Source of the DNA: an uncultured Alphaproteobacteria bacterium | GTDB lineage: Bacteria; Pseudomonadota; Alphaproteobacteria; Rhodobacterales; Rhodobacteraceae | Assembly: GCA_902599445.1 (NCBI GenBank) | Contig: CACKFK010000001.1 | Location: 15,136 to 79,135 of the forward strand | Direction of reading: 5' to 3' | DNA length: 64,000 nt | Shown: positions 1-12,451 of the stretch, piece by piece | Layout of the letters: every line of letters begins with the position of its first letter | Numbering within the stretch: position 1 is the stretch's first letter | The notes under the pieces: generated by a model | Told to the model about the DNA's origin: nothing | Databases searched by the model: none | Seen by the model: the letters and a program-made list of their open reading frames with translations, nothing else | Program-made: the position numbers and the translations under genes

Positions 1-1027
1 TCAAGTCGTAGTTTACATGGCCTGCTTGTCCAGCAAGCATTTCTGCCAAGGCTATTCCTTCATCTTCTGCTTTATGGGCTAACATTGGTCCTGCTATTAC
101 ATCCCCTATGGCGTAAACTCCTTCGACATTAGTCTGCAAGTTTTCATCAGTTTTTATCTGTCCATAATGGTTCACTTCTATTCCAGCACCATTTAAATTC
201 AGCCCTTCTGTAAAAGGTTTTCTACCGGTTGCAACTAATATCACATCAGCTTCTAATTTTTCATTAGATTTGTCTTTTATCAACTGATACTCAATTATTT
301 GTTTAGAGCCAGATTTTTTTGCGCTCTGTACAGCTGCCCCAAGAATGAATTTGATACCTTGTTTTCCTAATATTCTTCTAAATGTCTTTGCGGTTTCCAG
401 ATCTAATCCAGGTGTGATTTCATCCAAATATTCAATTACAGTAACTTTGGAGCCAAGCCGAGAATAAACTGATCCTAACTCGAGACCTATTACCCCAGCC
501 CCAACTATCGCGATCTCTTCAGGTATTTCCCCTAATGTTAAAGCTCCTGTTGATGTGACAACTTTCTTTTCATCGACTTTCAGATCTCCAAGAGCAGAAG
601 GTTCTGAACCTGTGGCTATAATTATTGATTTGCAGTCATAGGTTTTAGAATCAACTGAGACTTTCCCAGGACCTTGAATTTTTCCCCAACCTTTGATTAT
701 ATCAATTTTATTTTTTTTGAATAAAAATTCGATACCTTTTGTATTTTGATTCACAATATTGTCCTTATAGGATAACATTTCCTTCCAATTTATAGCTGGA
801 TTTTTCACTTCAATTCCCATGTTCTTAAAGTTATGATTACTTTCATGAAAAAGTTCTGAAGCGTGTAATAAGGCTTTTGAGGGGATACACCCTACATTTA
901 GGCAGGTTCCCCCTAAGGTATTTCGGCCTTCAACACAGGCGGTTTTCAAGCCTAGTTGAGCGCATCGAATGGCGCATACATATCCACCTGGTCCGGTGCC
1001 AATAATAATTACATCGTAATTTACCAT
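1..1027 (-). CDS. lpdA: Dihydrolipoyl dehydrogenase (E3), N-terminal about 342 aa; the C-terminus runs off the left edge
   Basis: Not in the ORF track because it is edge-truncated. Reverse-complement translation from the ATG (CAT at 1025-1027) reads [58 protein letters not shown]. This shows the FAD-binding GxGxxG motif and the redox-active CLNVGC disulfide motif. It lies directly downstream of sucB. Confidence 0.93.
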   Translation of the reverse strand, partial: MVNYDVIIIGTGPGGYVCAIRCAQLGLKTACVEGRNTLGGTCLNVGCIPSKALLHASELFHESNHNFKNMGIEVKNPAINWKEMLSYKDNIVNQNTKGIEFLFKKNKIDIIKGWGKIQGPGKVSVDSKTYDCKSIIIATGSEPSALGDLKVDEKKVVTSTGALTLGEIPEEIAIVGAGVIGLELGSVYSRLGSKVTVIEYLDEITPGLDLETAKTFRRILGKQGIKFILGAAVQSAKKSGSKQIIEYQLIKDKSNEKLEADVILVATGRKPFTEGLNLNGAGIEVNHYGQIKTDENLQTNVEGVYAIGDVIAGPMLAHKAEDEGIALAEMLAGQAGHVNYDL

Positions 1028-1053
1028 ATTTGATCCTTTAGCTAACTGAAAGT

Positions 1054-2280
1054 TTAAACATCCATTAGAAGTCTGTGAGGGTCTTCTAAAGCTTCTTTTA
1101 CTCTAACTAGAAAAGTGACCGCCCCCTTACCATCGACTACTCGGTGATCGTAGCTTAAGGCCAAATACATCATTGGTTTGATTACTACTTCACCATTTAT
1201 AGCTATTGGTCTTTCTTGTATCTTGTGCATACCTAAGATACCTGATTGTGGATAGTTTAGGATAGGTGAGGACATTAGTGATCCATAGATGCCTCCGTTA
1301 GAAATTGTAAATGTTCCTCCTTGCATATCAGCCATTGCAAGTTTTCCATCTCGCGCCTTTTTGCCTAAATCACTTATTGTCTTCTCTACATCGGCGAAAC
1401 TCATTCTTTCTGCATTTTTAACAATAGGTACTACCAATCCGGTAGGCGTTCCTACTGCAACTCCCATATTTACAAAACGGTTGAAAACGAGTTCATCACC
1501 TTCAATTTGGGCATTTACTTCAGGAACCTCGTACAAGGCATGGCAGCACGCCTTAACAAAAAAGGACATGAAACCCAATTTAACAGAATGTTTTTTTTCA
1601 AAATCTACTTTGTATTTGTTCCTTATTGTCATCACACTAGACATATCAACTTCATTATATGTCGTTAGCATAGCGGCTGTATTCTGAGCTTCTTTTAATC
1701 TTTTAGCGATGGTTTGGCGAAGCCTTGTCATCTTTATTCTTTCCTGCGGTTGTTCCAAAATGATTTCTTGATTCATTTTCGAGGTAGAACTACCTGCTGG
1801 AATTTGGCTTAAAGAGGTGGGTTCATCTTGAATGTTTTTCAAAGCTGCTTGAACATCTTCCTTCATGATCCTACCGTCCCTACCAGTACCTGAAACTTGG
1901 GAAGAATCGATGTCATTTTCCTTAAGAAGTTTCTTAGCTGATGGGGCGTGCTCAATATTACTTTGACTAGTAAGTTTTTCAGTTGATTCCTGATGATTGC
2001 TAGTAGCCTTCTCTTCAGCTTTGATTTCTTTTGGAGTTTGTTTTTCTCCCGCAGAAATAATAGCTAAAATTGCATCAACACCAACTGTGTCACCTTCCTT
2101 TGCAATAATCTCAGACAGAGTGCCTTCAACGGTAGCAGGAACTTCAACAGTCACCTTATCTGTTTCCAGTTCGCAGAGCATTTCATCCATAGTTACTGTA
2201 TCTCCGGGGCTTTTAAACCACGTAGCGACAGTTGCTTCGGTAACACTTTCCCCTAAAGTGGGCACACGGATTTCAGTCAT
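1054..2280 (-). CDS. sucB: Dihydrolipoamide succinyltransferase, E2 of 2-oxoglutarate dehydrogenase
   Basis: 408-aa ORF. It has an N-terminal lipoyl domain ([13 protein letters not shown]) and the C-terminal acyltransferase catalytic motif ([10 protein letters not shown]). It lies between sucA and lpdA. Confidence 0.95.
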   Translation of the reverse strand: MTEIRVPTLGESVTEATVATWFKSPGDTVTMDEMLCELETDKVTVEVPATVEGTLSEIIAKEGDTVGVDAILAIISAGEKQTPKEIKAEEKATSNHQESTEKLTSQSNIEHAPSAKKLLKENDIDSSQVSGTGRDGRIMKEDVQAALKNIQDEPTSLSQIPAGSSTSKMNQEIILEQPQERIKMTRLRQTIAKRLKEAQNTAAMLTTYNEVDMSSVMTIRNKYKVDFEKKHSVKLGFMSFFVKACCHALYEVPEVNAQIEGDELVFNRFVNMGVAVGTPTGLVVPIVKNAERMSFADVEKTISDLGKKARDGKLAMADMQGGTFTISNGGIYGSLMSSPILNYPQSGILGMHKIQERPIAINGEVVIKPMMYLALSYDHRVVDGKGAVTFLVRVKEALEDPHRLLMDV

Positions 2281-2288
2281 TTTTTACC

Positions 2289-5261
2289 TCAATCAATACT
2301 TAGAGCTTCATCAATAATCATGTTTTGTTGTTTTTTATGCTGGGTTGCCAAGCCAGTCGCTGGAGAAGCAGCTGCGGGCCTTCCTACATATTTGGCCCTC
2401 TTGCACTTAGCTTTTACCCTATTTAGTGACCATTCCAAATTTGGTTCTATGAAGGACCAGGCGCCTTGATTTTTTGGTTCTTCTTGGCACCACAGGAATT
2501 CAGCATTCTTAAATCTTGATAGCTCCTTAATAAAGGACATAGCAGGAAAAGGGTAATATTGCTCTAGCCGCAGCAAATAAACATCTGTTATATTTCTATT
2601 ATCTCTCTCTGCTAGTAGATCAAAATAGATTTTACCCGAAGAAATCACGACTCTTCTGATTTTTGAATCCGATTTTAATTTGGTAGGAGAATTTCCACTT
2701 TCAGCATCGTCCCACAGAACCCTATGAAAAGTAGATCCGTTCACAAACTCTTCTTTACTTGAAACAGCCATTTTGTGTCTTAGCAAAGATTTCGGACTCA
2801 TTATTACCAAAGGCTTTCTAAAACTGCGATATATCTGTCTCCTGAGGAGATGAAAATAATTTGCAGGCGTCGTACAGTTAGCTACAATCCAGTTGTCTTC
2901 AGCACAAGCTTGTAGAAACCTCTCCAATCTTGCTGAAGAATGTTCAGGCCCCTGACCTTCGTAACCATGCGGGAGGAGCATAACAAGGCCGGACATTCGA
3001 AGCCATTTTTTTTCACCAGAAGCTATGAATTGGTCTATCATGATTTGTGCACCATTAGCAAAATCACCAAATTGTGCTTCCCAAATAGTTAGAGTGTTGG
3101 GTTCGGCAAGAGAATAGCCATATTCATAACCTAAAACTGCATATTCTGAGAGCATGGAGTCTATAACTTCATAGTTAGCTTGCGTTTTTGATATACTGTT
3201 TAAAGGATAAAATCTTTCTTCATTAGTTTGATCAATTATGGCACTATGGCGATGGCTAAAGGTTCCTCTTGTACAGTCTTGACCAGATAAACGCACTGGA
3301 TAACCTTCATGCAATAGGGATCCAAAAGCCAAAGCTTCACCAGTGGCCCAGTCAATATTCTTACCAGAATCTATCTGTACCTTCTTACTGCCAAGCATTC
3401 TCTTGACCGTTTTGTGGGCGTGTAGATGCTCTGGAATCCTTGTTAAGGCCTTACCAACAAGCGCAAAGTTTTTCTCGGAGATGGAAGTCTGCCCTCTCTG
3501 ATATTGTCCATTCTTAAAAACTGCTTCTTTTGAATATTTGCCAAGTCCTGACCATTTACCGTCTAGCCAATCTGCCTTATTAGGTTTGTAACTATTAGCT
3601 TCATTAAATTCTGCTGTTAGAAAATCTTGAAAGCGTACTTTCAAATCTTCTATTTCACCTTTTGGTATTAGGTTTTCAGAAATCAATTTCTCTGCATATA
3701 ACTGTAATGTTGTTTTGTGCTTTTTGATCTTTGCGTACATTTTAGGCTGTGTGAACATTGGTTCATCGCCTTCATTATGACCAAACCGTCTATAACAGAA
3801 CACATCAATTACCACATCCTTATGAAATTTTTGTCTGAATTCTGTAGCCACTTTAGCAGCATGAACCACGGCCTCTGGGTCATCACCATTCACATGGAAT
3901 ATAGGTGCCTCAACCATTAAAGCTATGTCAGTTGGGTATGGAGAAGACCTTGAATTATGTGGTGCTGTCGTGAAACCAATTTGATTGTTCACAATCAGGT
4001 GTATTGTTCCCCCAGTTTTATGCCCCTTAAGACCTGAAAGTCCAAAACATTCAGAGATGATGCCTTGGCCTGCAAATGCAGCATCTCCATGAAGAAGTAT
4101 AGGTAAGACCTTGGTTCTATCTTCATCACCTTTTTGAAATTGCTTTGCTCGAACTTTCCCAAGAACAACAGGGTTAACTGCTTCCAAGTGGCTTGGGTTC
4201 GCAGTCAGAGATAAATGTACATTATTTCCATCAAATTCGCGATCAGAAGATGCCCCAAGGTGGTACTTCACATCGCCTGAACCTTCTACTTCTTCTGGTT
4301 TATAACTTCCACCTTGGAATTCATTAAAAATCGCCCTGAGAGGCTTGCCCATGACATTAGCAAGAACTGATAGTCTGCCTCTATGAGGCATGCCTATTAC
4401 AATATCCTCAACACCAAGACTCCCACCTTTCTTGATGATTTGCTCCATAGCTGGTATTAAGGATTCTCCACCATCTAGCCCAAACCTTTTGGTTCCCATA
4501 TATTTGACATGGAGAAATTTTTCAAAACCCTCAGCTTCAATTAATTTATTAAGTATTGCTTTTCTACCTTCCTTGGTAAATGCAATCTCTTTCCCAAGGC
4601 CTTCAATTCGTTCTTTCAACCATGCAGATTGCTCTGGATTAGATATGTGCATATACTGGAGTGCGAAGGTGCCGCAGTAAGTCCTTTTAACGATTGCGGT
4701 AATGTCATGCATAGATGCTTCCTGAAGACCTAGGACATTATCAAGAAATATTGGCCGATCCATATCTCTTTCAGTAAATCCATAGTTGCGAGGATCGAGG
4801 GCAGGTTCCAATGTTTCAGTAACTTGTGATGATAGAGGGTCTAAATTGGCAGCCAAATGTCCTCTCACGCGGTAAGCTCGAATAAACATTAATGCTCTAA
4901 TACTGTCCAAGACTGCTCTTTTCATGGAGGGATCTTGTAATTCTTTTTCTTTCGCAGTATTCTTGTCTTCACTTTCTATCAAATCGGGTTGCACTCTTTG
5001 CCATTGACCGTCGAATGCTGCAATTTCTTCTCCTGAATCCAATGGAGGCCAATCTTGCCTTGACCAGGTTGGGCGTATATGAGCATTTTCATTCTGTGAA
5101 TTTGTTAGCTGATCAGAAAATTTCTTGAAGTATGAAGACCAATGAGGATCTAAAGATTTGGGGTTAACCAGAAAAGTTTCATACATGTGTTCAAGAAATT
5201 GAATGCTGTTTGAGTCTGGTATAGTCTCAAGATCTGGTCCATCATTACTTATCTTATCCAT
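2289..5261 (-). CDS. sucA: 2-oxoglutarate dehydrogenase E1 component
   Basis: 990-aa ORF with typical E1o motifs (LHGDAAFAGQG, IWEAQFGDFANGAQ, LLPHGYEGQGPEHSS). The suc operon context agrees. Confidence 0.96.
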   Translation of the reverse strand: MDKISNDGPDLETIPDSNSIQFLEHMYETFLVNPKSLDPHWSSYFKKFSDQLTNSQNENAHIRPTWSRQDWPPLDSGEEIAAFDGQWQRVQPDLIESEDKNTAKEKELQDPSMKRAVLDSIRALMFIRAYRVRGHLAANLDPLSSQVTETLEPALDPRNYGFTERDMDRPIFLDNVLGLQEASMHDITAIVKRTYCGTFALQYMHISNPEQSAWLKERIEGLGKEIAFTKEGRKAILNKLIEAEGFEKFLHVKYMGTKRFGLDGGESLIPAMEQIIKKGGSLGVEDIVIGMPHRGRLSVLANVMGKPLRAIFNEFQGGSYKPEEVEGSGDVKYHLGASSDREFDGNNVHLSLTANPSHLEAVNPVVLGKVRAKQFQKGDEDRTKVLPILLHGDAAFAGQGIISECFGLSGLKGHKTGGTIHLIVNNQIGFTTAPHNSRSSPYPTDIALMVEAPIFHVNGDDPEAVVHAAKVATEFRQKFHKDVVIDVFCYRRFGHNEGDEPMFTQPKMYAKIKKHKTTLQLYAEKLISENLIPKGEIEDLKVRFQDFLTAEFNEANSYKPNKADWLDGKWSGLGKYSKEAVFKNGQYQRGQTSISEKNFALVGKALTRIPEHLHAHKTVKRMLGSKKVQIDSGKNIDWATGEALAFGSLLHEGYPVRLSGQDCTRGTFSHRHSAIIDQTNEERFYPLNSISKTQANYEVIDSMLSEYAVLGYEYGYSLAEPNTLTIWEAQFGDFANGAQIMIDQFIASGEKKWLRMSGLVMLLPHGYEGQGPEHSSARLERFLQACAEDNWIVANCTTPANYFHLLRRQIYRSFRKPLVIMSPKSLLRHKMAVSSKEEFVNGSTFHRVLWDDAESGNSPTKLKSDSKIRRVVISSGKIYFDLLAERDNRNITDVYLLRLEQYYPFPAMSFIKELSRFKNAEFLWCQEEPKNQGAWSFIEPNLEWSLNRVKAKCKRAKYVGRPAAASPATGLATQHKKQQNMIIDEALSID

Positions 5262-5294
5262 TTTCTCCTCAATCTATGAACTTCAAATTAATAG

Positions 5295-6188
5295 CTAAGA
5301 TTTAAATTTTTCTACTGCAGACATTACCGCCTTACCAAGATCTCCAGGACTTTCAGTAACGACTATACCAGCAGAGCGCATAGCCTCAATCTTTTCTTTA
5401 GCACCGCCTTTGCCTCCTGCTACTATTGCTCCAGCATGACCCATTCTTCTCCCAGGCGGTGCAGTGATACCTGCAATAAAGCCAGCTACCGGTTTTGATC
5501 TTCCTAGTTTTTTTTCATCCTTTATGAATTGGGCGGCTTCTTCTTCCGCTGTCCCTCCAATTTCGCCAATAAGAATAATACTTTCAGTTTCAGGATCCGC
5601 TAAAAATAACTCTAAGACATCTATATGTTCGGTTCCTTTAATTGGATCGCCTCCGATTCCTACACAAGTGGATTGCCCAAAACCAATTTCGGTAGTCTGT
5701 GCAACAGCTTCGTATGTTAGCGTGCCTGACCTAGAAACCACCCCAACAGTCCCCTCTTTATGTATATGACCAGGCATTATCCCAATTTTACAGCCATTCG
5801 GAGTTATAACCCCTGGGCAATTTGGTCCTACCAACCGAGATTTTGATCCCTGCAGGGCTCTTTTAACTTTAACCATGTCCAAGACTGGGATACCCTCTGT
5901 GATGCAGACAATAAGGGCTATTTCTGAGTCAATTGCTTCCAGGATAGCGTCACCAGCGAATGGAGGAGGTACATATATAACTGTTGCATCAGCTTTTGTG
6001 CTGGTTTTGGCATCGAAAACAGTGTCAAAGACTGGCAAACCTAAGTGGGTTTCCCCTCCTTTACCAGGAGTTACCCCTCCGACCATTTTAGTGCCATAAT
6101 CTATAGCTTGTTTTGAGTGAAAAGTTCCTTGAGATCCAGTAAAGCCTTGGCAAATGACTCGAGTATTTTTATCTATTAGAATTGACAT
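5295..6188 (-). CDS. sucD: Succinyl-CoA synthetase alpha subunit
   Basis: 297 aa, beginning [18 protein letters not shown], with the phosphohistidine loop RMGHAGAIV. It lies immediately downstream of sucC. Confidence 0.96.
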   Translation of the reverse strand: MSILIDKNTRVICQGFTGSQGTFHSKQAIDYGTKMVGGVTPGKGGETHLGLPVFDTVFDAKTSTKADATVIYVPPPFAGDAILEAIDSEIALIVCITEGIPVLDMVKVKRALQGSKSRLVGPNCPGVITPNGCKIGIMPGHIHKEGTVGVVSRSGTLTYEAVAQTTEIGFGQSTCVGIGGDPIKGTEHIDVLELFLADPETESIILIGEIGGTAEEEAAQFIKDEKKLGRSKPVAGFIAGITAPPGRRMGHAGAIVAGGKGGAKEKIEAMRSAGIVVTESPGDLGKAVMSAVEKFKS

Positions 6189-6192
6189 TTCT

Positions 6193-7386
6193 CTAACCTT
6201 TCACTGCTTTTACAATCTTTTTGGCGGCATCGGAAAGATTGTCTGCGGCAATCACATTTAGACCACTATCATTAATAATTTTTTTGCCAGTATCTACATT
6301 AGTACCTTCCAGCCTTACTACTAGTGGAACTTGTAGGCCTACGTTCTTTACAGCTTCAACCACCCCCTCAGCAATGACATCGCAACGCATAATACCACCA
6401 AAGATGTTAACAAGTATTCCCTTAACATTTTTATCAGATGTAATAATCTTGAAGGCTTCAGTTACTTTTTCCTTTGTTGCTCCTCCTCCAACGTCGAGAA
6501 AGTTTGCAGGTTCGGATCCAAATAATTTTATAATATCCATGGTAGCCATAGCCAAGCCGGCACCATTAACCATACAGCCAATTTCTCCATCTAAAGCTAT
6601 GTAGTTAAGGTCAAATTTTGATGCAGCTAATTCTTTTGGATCTTCTTCCGTTTCATCGTGAAATGCGAGAACTGATGGTTGCCTATACATAGCATTGCTA
6701 TCAAAACCCATCTTGCAATCTAAACAAACTAGTGCACCGTCCTTTGTCAATATAAGAGGGTTAATTTCCAGCATCTCACAATCTTTTTCAGTAAATAATC
6801 GAAAGAGTTTCTGTACCAGTTTGACACATTCCTTGATCTGTTTTCCTTCAAGACCAAGGGCAAAAGCTACTCGGCGACCATGAAAGCCAGAAAGACCTGA
6901 TGCAGGATCCACAGTGAATGATAGTATGCGTTCAGGGGTATTAGCTGCAACCTCTTCAATATCCATACCGCCATCTCTAGAAGCCACGAATGCAACTCGT
7001 GAAGTTGCTCTGTCAATCAATATAGCTAGGTAGAATTCTTTTGTTATTTCGCAACCCTCTTCAATATAAACCCTGCCTACCTGTTTTCCAGCAGATCCGG
7101 TTTGTTTTGTTACAAGCGTCCTACCAAGCATTTTTTGGGCTTGTTCAGCAGCATCGGATGCAGATTGGGCCAATCTTACCCCACCCTTTGTTCCTGCACT
7201 TTCTTCTATAAATGTACCTTTCCCTCTACCCCCGGCGTGGATTTGAGCTTTAACTACCCACAATGGGCCATCAAGTTCTCCTGCAGCCGTTTTTGCCTCC
7301 TCAGCTCTTAAAACAATCCTCCCGTCCAAAACGGGAGCTCCATATTCTCTTAGAAATTGCTTGGCCTGGTATTCATGAATATTCAT
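6193..7386 (-). CDS. sucC: Succinyl-CoA synthetase beta subunit (ADP-forming)
   Basis: The ORF runs to 7452, but the conserved N-terminus [16 protein letters not shown] starts at the ATG at 7386. The 22-codon upstream extension has no counterpart in SucC proteins. ATP-grasp fold protein. Confidence 0.93.
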   Translation of the reverse strand: MNIHEYQAKQFLREYGAPVLDGRIVLRAEEAKTAAGELDGPLWVVKAQIHAGGRGKGTFIEESAGTKGGVRLAQSASDAAEQAQKMLGRTLVTKQTGSAGKQVGRVYIEEGCEITKEFYLAILIDRATSRVAFVASRDGGMDIEEVAANTPERILSFTVDPASGLSGFHGRRVAFALGLEGKQIKECVKLVQKLFRLFTEKDCEMLEINPLILTKDGALVCLDCKMGFDSNAMYRQPSVLAFHDETEEDPKELAASKFDLNYIALDGEIGCMVNGAGLAMATMDIIKLFGSEPANFLDVGGGATKEKVTEAFKIITSDKNVKGILVNIFGGIMRCDVIAEGVVEAVKNVGLQVPLVVRLEGTNVDTGKKIINDSGLNVIAADNLSDAAKKIVKAVKG

Positions 7387-7516
7387 TATTTCGGTTCCAC
7401 TACTATTTTTGAAATGCAATGACTTCGGGTTTTTCCTCATTAACACTGCCATGATCAGAAAAATATTGAAGTATTTTCTAGCTTTAACAAGTGTTAAATA
7501 TGAAATTAAGGTGTTT

Positions 7517-7556
7517 TGTGATCACAAAAAATATTAATGTGATCACAAAATATTAA
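7517..7556 (-). promoter_or_regulatory. Abutting tandem repeat (21 + 19 nt), each copy starting with the perfect palindrome TGTGATCACA; candidate operator in the mdh-sucC spacer
   Basis: Plus strand reads TGTGATCACAAAAAATATTAA (7517-7537), then TGTGATCACAAAATATTAA (7538-7556). On the minus strand a sigma70-like TTGTTA (7559-7554), a 17-nt spacer and TAATAT (7536-7531) can be drawn around the second palindrome. The function is inferred only. Confidence 0.4.
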
Positions 7557-7573
7557 CAATTCTTTTCTGCAGG

Positions 7574-8551
<978 letters not shown>

Positions 8552-8805
8552 CTAAATAATCCCAATTTATAAAGCAAACCATCATTAAGTTACAAGTATC
8601 TAAAGTTGCGGTAAGGTCAAGCCATATTGATTTCAAGATTAATTTGCTATACAATAAAATCAATAAATTGGTATCTAAGTTGACTTAGCAAAGGCTCTAA
8701 ATGGACCTAAAAAGCCAATTATTTATTACAACCCCATATAACCCGATAAATAATGGTTGGGTTTTGGACATTTATTTAAGTTATAATCGTATCTAAGGTT
8801 TGTGC

Positions 8806-9366
8806 ATGACTTGGCTGATAGTTGGGCTAATATTTTTTTTCGGGGCTCATTTGCAAAAAAGATTGATGCCATCACTCAGACCACGATTAGTAGACAGATT
8901 AGGTGAGAACGCGCTTAAGGGCATTATCGCCTTGATTTCGGCAGTTGGGTTGGCCCTGATAATTCTAGGATTTCGACACGAGGGGTCTATACCACTTTAT
9001 GATTTAGGAGCATCAGGTCTCTTTTTGAATAACTTAGCAATGATGCTAGCTGTAGCCTCCTTAGTTTTAGGTCATTCTAAAAGCCGTTTAAGAAAATATG
9101 TCAGGCACCCCATGCTTTTAAGCATCATTTTTTGGTCATTAGGTCATTTGTTAGCAAATGGGGACTCAAAATCGGTGATCCTTTTTCTTAGTTTTGGTCT
9201 TTGGTCTTTTTTAGAGATTAAGCTGATAAATAGCTCCGTTCCTCATCCTCAGTCGTTCACTAATGGTAGTCTAAAAGGTGATATCAGTTTCTTGATAATT
9301 GCCACACTAGCTTACTTTATAATTTCTGTAGTACACCTTTATCTGGGGGTTAATCCATTTTATTGA
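8806..9366 (+). CDS. NnrU-family integral membrane protein
   Basis: Polytopic membrane ORF with the NnrU-like block RHPMLLSIIFWSLGHLLANGD. The ATG at 8806 is preceded by AAGG. The track ORF starts two codons earlier at a TTG. Confidence 0.65.
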   Translation: MTWLIVGLIFFFGAHLQKRLMPSLRPRLVDRLGENALKGIIALISAVGLALIILGFRHEGSIPLYDLGASGLFLNNLAMMLAVASLVLGHSKSRLRKYVRHPMLLSIIFWSLGHLLANGDSKSVILFLSFGLWSFLEIKLINSSVPHPQSFTNGSLKGDISFLIIATLAYFIISVVHLYLGVNPFY

Positions 9367-9540
9367 ACAATATATGTGTTTATAATTTTTTGAGACTAGC
9401 CTCATAGGTTTACTCACGAGTTTAGGTTAGTTCCTGGGTGACAACAGAGAAAATTGTCGTTAGGGTAACACCAAATTAAGCCTTGAAAAAAATCACGCTC
9501 TAGCTAACGAATTTAAGCAAGATTAGGAAGTTAAAATTAG

Positions 9541-9933
9541 ATGACCCGAGATCCACAAAACCGCCCCCTTTCGCCTCATCTGACCATATACAGACCTCAG
9601 TTAAATTCCGTTCTGTCTATCATGCATCGTATTACTGGGATAGTCCTCTTTGTCGGATTAGTTTTATTAATTTTGTGGTTTTTTTCATTAGCTCTGGGTC
9701 AAGCTGGTTTTGAGCTGTTTGGTATGTTGATCAATTCCCTTATAGGCAGACTAATATTGATCGGTTCTCTCTGTGCTCTTTGGTATCATTTTTTTGCAGG
9801 AGTAAGACACCTTTTCTGGGATATTGGGATAGGTTTTAATTTGTTGTGGGTACAAAGATCTTCCTATGCTGTAATTATAGCTACTATATCATTAACAATT
9901 GCTAGTGTATTGATTGGAGTGTTTTCAGGTTGA
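9541..9933 (+). CDS. sdhC: Succinate dehydrogenase cytochrome b556 subunit
   Basis: 130 aa with RPLSPHLTIYRPQLNSVLSIMHRITG, the typical SdhC N-terminus, and three TM helices. It is the first gene of the sdh cluster. Confidence 0.92.
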   Translation: MTRDPQNRPLSPHLTIYRPQLNSVLSIMHRITGIVLFVGLVLLILWFFSLALGQAGFELFGMLINSLIGRLILIGSLCALWYHFFAGVRHLFWDIGIGFNLLWVQRSSYAVIIATISLTIASVLIGVFSG

Positions 9934-10313
9934 TATTCAGATCTTCAAAGGCTTCTAAGCCCTCTTCCAATAAAGGAGCAGAAAGTACTTCACATTGGAT
10001 TAGTCAAAGGCTGACTTCTATATTATTGATTCCGTTATCAATACTTTTTGTCTTCAATTTTGTTAGGGTTATTGACAAACCTTTTGCAGAAGTAATTCTT
10101 ACATTTCAACATCCCTTTAATAATTTAGTAGCAGTACTATTTCTTCTAATAAGCTTGTGGCATTATCGTCAGGGTATAGAGGTTGTCACCGAAGATTATG
10201 TGCATGATCTTAGAATAAGAAATATTACCTTGAGAATTATAGGAATTATATGCTGGTTTCTGGCAATAGTAGTAATATATTCCTTTGTTACTATATACAT
10301 ACGAGAGGTTTAG
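9930..10313 (+). CDS. sdhD: Succinate dehydrogenase hydrophobic membrane anchor subunit
   Basis: 127-aa membrane ORF (HWISQRLTSILLIPL). Its TTG start overlaps the sdhC stop. The exact start is uncertain. Confidence 0.85.
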   Translation: MIFRSSKASKPSSNKGAESTSHWISQRLTSILLIPLSILFVFNFVRVIDKPFAEVILTFQHPFNNLVAVLFLLISLWHYRQGIEVVTEDYVHDLRIRNITLRIIGIICWFLAIVVIYSFVTIYIREV

Positions 10314-10322
10314 GAGAAAGAA

Positions 10323-12131
10323 ATGGGTTCCTATAATTATGTAGACCACATTTATGATGTTGTAGTAGTAGGTGCAGGTGGTTCGGGCCTTAGAGCAACC
10401 CTTGGAATGGCCGAACAGGGATTTAAGACAGCATGTGTGACGAAAGTATTTCCAACAAGAAGTCATACAGTCGCGGCTCAAGGAGGGATAGCAGCATCGT
10501 TATCTAACATGGGACCTGATCATTGGCACTGGCATATGTATGATACGGTAAAGGGGTCTGATTGGTTGGGGGATGTTGATGCAATGGAATATTTGTCCAG
10601 GGAGGCCCCTAAGGCAGTTTATGAGCTAGAGCATTATGGCGTGCCTTTTTCCAGAACTGAAGATGGGAAAATTTATCAGCGACCCTTTGGCGGGCATACG
10701 ACGGAGTTTGGAGAAGGGCCACCGGTACAACGCACTTGTGCAGCGGCTGATCGTACAGGGCATGCGATTTTACATACTCTTTACGGACAATCATTGAAAA
10801 ACAATGCAGAATTTTTTATCGAATATTATGCAATAGATTTAATTATGACTGAAGATGGGGTTTGCCAGGGACTCATAGCTTGGAAATTAGATGATGGCAC
10901 AATCCATCGATTCAATGCCAAAATGGTTGTACTGGCTACAGGGGGATATGGTAGGGCCTATTTTTCTGCTACTTCTGCGCATACCTGTACGGGTGATGGG
11001 AATGGTATGGTGGTCAGGCAAAACTTACCGTTGCAGGACATGGAATTTGTTCAATTCCATCCGACAGGTATCTATGGAGCAGGTTGTCTTATTACCGAGG
11101 GTGCCCGTGGGGAAGGAGGTTATCTTACTAATTCAGAGGGGGAGCGTTTTATGGAGAGGTATGCGCCAACCTATAAAGATCTGGCTAGCAGGGATGTAGT
11201 TTCTAGATGCATGACTATGGAGATTAGAGAAGGTCGAGGGGTTGGAGGCTTACGTGATCATATCCATTTACATTTGGACCATTTGCCGGCTGATACTCTT
11301 GCAGAAAGACTTCCTGGTATTTCCGAAAGCGCTAGAATATTTGCCGGGGTAGATTTAACAAAAGAACCAATCCCTGTTTTGCCAACAGTTCATTACAATA
11401 TGGGGGGCATTCCAACCAATTATTGGGGCGAAGTTTTGAATCCTACTTCAGAAGAACAAGATCTAGTCCAACCTGGCCTAATGGCCGTTGGGGAAGCTGG
11501 TTGTGCTTCAGTACATGGTGCTAATAGGCTTGGCTCAAACAGTTTAATTGACTTAGTTGTTTTCGGAAGAGCAGCTGCAATTCGAGCGAAAGAAGTTATT
11601 GAAACCAATAAATCTAATAGGCCACTAAACTTAAATTCTTGTGATCAGGCGATGGATCGGTTTGATAAACTTCGTCACGCCCGTGGGGACACGCCAACTG
11701 CAGAATTGCGTAATAAAATGCAGAGAGTTATGCAAGAAGATGCCGCGGTATTTAGATCTAAAGAGACCCTAGCTGAGGGTTGCAAGAAGATGGAGGATGT
11801 AGCCTCGGGCATGAATGATTTATCTGTCACTGATCGTTCCTTGATTTGGAACTCTGATCTAATGGAGACTTTAGAGCTCACTAATCTTATGCCCAATGCA
11901 GTCACAACTATTTTCTCGGCTGAGGCCAGACAAGAGAGTAGAGGGGCACATGCTCATGAAGATTATCCAGATAGGGATGATGTCAAATGGCGAAAGCATA
12001 CGCTTGCCGCGGTAGATGAGACGTATGACGTTTCACTTAGTTACCGAAATGTTCATACGAACCCGCTAACAAAAGAATCTGAAGGTGGGATTAATACAAA
12101 TAAAATAGCACCAAAAGCTCGGGTTTACTAG
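10323..12131 (+). CDS. sdhA: Succinate dehydrogenase flavoprotein subunit
   Basis: 602 aa with [14 protein letters not shown], the flavinylation region [10 protein letters not shown] and [11 protein letters not shown]. Confidence 0.97.
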   Translation: MGSYNYVDHIYDVVVVGAGGSGLRATLGMAEQGFKTACVTKVFPTRSHTVAAQGGIAASLSNMGPDHWHWHMYDTVKGSDWLGDVDAMEYLSREAPKAVYELEHYGVPFSRTEDGKIYQRPFGGHTTEFGEGPPVQRTCAAADRTGHAILHTLYGQSLKNNAEFFIEYYAIDLIMTEDGVCQGLIAWKLDDGTIHRFNAKMVVLATGGYGRAYFSATSAHTCTGDGNGMVVRQNLPLQDMEFVQFHPTGIYGAGCLITEGARGEGGYLTNSEGERFMERYAPTYKDLASRDVVSRCMTMEIREGRGVGGLRDHIHLHLDHLPADTLAERLPGISESARIFAGVDLTKEPIPVLPTVHYNMGGIPTNYWGEVLNPTSEEQDLVQPGLMAVGEAGCASVHGANRLGSNSLIDLVVFGRAAAIRAKEVIETNKSNRPLNLNSCDQAMDRFDKLRHARGDTPTAELRNKMQRVMQEDAAVFRSKETLAEGCKKMEDVASGMNDLSVTDRSLIWNSDLMETLELTNLMPNAVTTIFSAEARQESRGAHAHEDYPDRDDVKWRKHTLAAVDETYDVSLSYRNVHTNPLTKESEGGINTNKIAPKARVY

Positions 12132-12133
12132 AA

Positions 12134-12409
12134 ATGTATATACGCCAGGTGGGAGCAATTTTATTGTTATTTGCTTTAGTTTATTCTAGTGGATGTGCAA
12201 CAAATGAAGTAAAACAATTATCCGAAAAACAAATAGAGAATTTTTGCCAAAAGAAAAAGCTGGAAGCTTCAAAACCAATGACAAATCTTTCTCTGGCTAC
12301 TGGGAGTGAAGGTCCGAAGTACGAGATAGGAATTACTATGAGTGGTGACTATATAGCGGGACGAAAACCTGAAGAAGTTTATAAGGAGTGCAAGCTATCT
12401 TTTGGGTAA
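12134..12409 (+). CDS. Small hypothetical lipoprotein inserted between sdhA and sdhB
   Basis: 91-aa ORF starting 2 nt after the sdhA stop. It has a hydrophobic N-terminus ending in a lipobox-like SSGC. I recognise no family. Confidence 0.5.
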   Translation: MYIRQVGAILLLFALVYSSGCATNEVKQLSEKQIENFCQKKKLEASKPMTNLSLATGSEGPKYEIGITMSGDYIAGRKPEEVYKECKLSFG

Positions 12410-12451
12410 ATTACTATTATAATATGGTTAAACTAGGATGCAGGTTTTTAA

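Noticed and set aside
9425-9445. A weak ICE-like string (TTTAGGTTAGTTCCTGG) upstream of sdhC.
   Set aside because: Only about 8 of 14 specified positions match the ICE consensus. That is indistinguishable from background.
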